Below are positions 62,099 to 64,000 of a stretch of DNA of 64,000 nucleotides, piece after piece. Origin of the DNA: Phoronis australis (Eukaryota > Animalia > Phoronida); NCBI GenBank assembly GCA_002633005.1, contig NMRA01000099.1, positions 699,633-763,632 on the forward strand, read 5' to 3'. Below the pieces are notes generated by a model. The model was not told the DNA's origin and ran no database searches. It worked only from the letters and a program-made list of their open reading frames with translations. A program made the translations under genes and the position numbers. The stretch's first letter is position 1. Each line of letters opens with the position of its first letter.

Positions 62099-62535
62099 CA
62101 GTTTGGCACAGGCATCAGTTTAGCTCTAACAACCTGTGCCAAATTGAAGGGCACCAAATCAGTTTGGTGCAGAAATCAGTTTTGGCTGCAACAGTGCCAG
62201 TGGCACTGTCTAGCTGGGTGGTTTCAGTCAAGTGACTGGAATATTCATGACCAGGTTTGAAACTGTTCCCTTTTGAAACACCTGATGATATAAGTGTGTC
62301 TTTTTTCAAAAAAGTTGTAACCAGCAGACTAGACTTAGTGTAATTAAAGTGGTAACATATCAAACAGTTAAAGCAATCGAAATAACAGACCCATGTTTTA
62401 CCCGACTGGCTGTAGGTTGACAAGAAACTTGTGTTTTTGGAAAAGTGTTGCATTTTAAAAGGTGGGGGGGGGCACTGCTACAATGTACTTGCGCCTTTTT
62501 ATGTTTTTATGTGCTAGTAATGGCACTGTCCAGGA

Positions 62536-63108
62536 TAGCCTTGGTAAAAAGCTGTATACTAAATATACAGCTTTGCACCGATGTGGGTAAAGATGTGGTA
62601 AGATAAAATCTGACACAAAATTTGTGTCATTAAAAACTAGGCTTCCTTGAGTAAACTAAATTATTTAACAGTGTTGGAAAAATGGCGTTCTACCGTTATT
62701 CCACTGCTAAAGTTGTGAAGTGACCTTTAGCAACGGCTTTCGGCACCATCGTCACCTATTGGCCAGTATCTTCTTTCACCAATTCTTCAATCAACTGTAA
62801 TGTTCTTTTACAAGGTTGAGTACATGTAACAACAAATTATCAGAACTGGTTTCACTTAATTATAAGTTTTTAGAATTTTGATGCCGAAAAACCGATTTTC
62901 AGGAGAAATTTTGCTGCTGCTAAGCTATCATCATCTCCCGAGAGATGTCGCAAAAATTTAGGAAATGGCGCGTGTGCGTGACACGAGCGTACTGTTTTCA
63001 AAACGACGACATACTTTTCATGGTTAGAAAAGGCAGAGAGTTATGCAAGAAAATGACGTTTATTGCTTTGTTTTTCACTTAAACGTCTGTAACGGGCAAG
63101 GTGATCGA
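62536..63108 (+). mobile_element. ~570-bp repeat, inverted homolog of 63298-63842
   Basis: Collinear reverse-complement similarity along its whole length. Confidence 0.85.
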
Positions 63109-63151
63109 TAGCCAGCCAGCTAGCTGTACGAAGACTGTCATCAAAATACAG

Positions 63152-63990
63152 CTAGGTGCCACTGTGTGTATTTCCGTAAACCCCGAAATTGCGCGCAGCC
63201 AGGGTAGTTCTGCTCGTCACGGCGCCGTGAAACTTGTATCAAAATGTAAAGCTAAAGACTGGACGGGTGCATGCAAAATCTGGGAATCAACCGATACTCA
63301 CCTTGCCTGTTACAGCCGTTTAAGTGAAAAACAATGCAATAAACGTCATTTTCTTGCGTAACTTTACGCCTTTTCTAACAATGAAAAGTATGTCATCATT
63401 TTGAAAATAATACACTCGTGTCACGCGCATACGCCATTTCCTAAATTTTCGCGACATCTTCGGAGAAGCAAAATTTGTTGAAATTCGGTTTTTCGGTATC
63501 GAAATTCTAAAAACTTGTAATGAAGTGAAACCAGTTCTAATAATTTGTTGTGACATGTACGCAAGCTCGTGAAAGAACAGCAGTTGATTGAAGAATCGGC
63601 AAAAAAGGAAACTGGCCAATAGGTGACGCAATATTTCATGGCGCCGAAAGCCGTCGCTAAATATCGCTCCACAACTTTAGCAGCAGAATAACGGTAGAAC
63701 GCCATTTTTTCCAACACTATCAAATAATTTTGTTTACTCAAAGAAGACTGTAGTTTTTAACTACACTAATTTTGTGATTTTATCTTACCACTTTTTTACC
63801 CACATCGGTGCAAGTATGAAGCTTTGTACCAAGGCTAGGTGATCGAGTGTCTGTTGATTCCCAGATTTTGCAGGCACCCCGTCCGGTCTTTAGCTTTACA
63901 TCTTGATACAAGTTTCACGGCGAGGTGACGAGCAGAATCACCCTGGCAGTGTGCAATTTCAGGGTCTACGGAAGAAATACAGTGGTATAG
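63152..63990. mobile_element. Foldback element: ~145-bp inverted arms (63152-63297 / 63846-63990) enclosing a ~545-bp core
   Basis: For example gtgaaacttgtatcaa..gtaaagctaaagac versus gtctttagctttaca..ttgatacaagtttcac. Confidence 0.85.
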
Positions 63991-64000
63991 TCCGATTACC

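Noticed and set aside
63101-63741. ORFs of 86-106 aa in the foldback region
   Set aside because: They lie in repeat arms, are disrupted in the inverted copy, and show no recognisable domain.

Overview
AT-rich, intron-rich eukaryotic (metazoan, probably marine invertebrate) genomic DNA; no prokaryotic features. By hand-splicing I recover three protein-coding genes. (1) The 3' part of a + strand gene with a ~2 kb low-complexity exon (2195-4186), tentative terminal exons and a probable long 3' UTR to ~16 kb; its short motifs recall the arthropod Twenty-four (TYF) family, from memory only. (2) A complete 3-exon + strand gene (27438-31221, 580 aa) with two SH3 domains, resembling Drosophila Dlish/Vamana. 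(3) A complete 22-coding-exon - strand SLF1/ANKRD32 gene (61376-37635, ~1019 aa; tandem BRCT plus ankyrin repeats) with consistent intron phases throughout. Introns and intergenic DNA hold many non-autonomous DNA transposons (TA-flanked, TTAA/Kolobok-type, 5-bp-TSD MITEs, Helentron/DINE-like elements), tRNA-derived SINE remnants and short tandem duplications. I see no unambiguous new biological system. The best leads are a PIP-box/degron-like insertion in the SLF1 ankyrin domain (with a possible microexon beside it), the two-SH3 Dlish-like protein, and the TYF-like protein. All family assignments rest on recalled sequences, not on searches.
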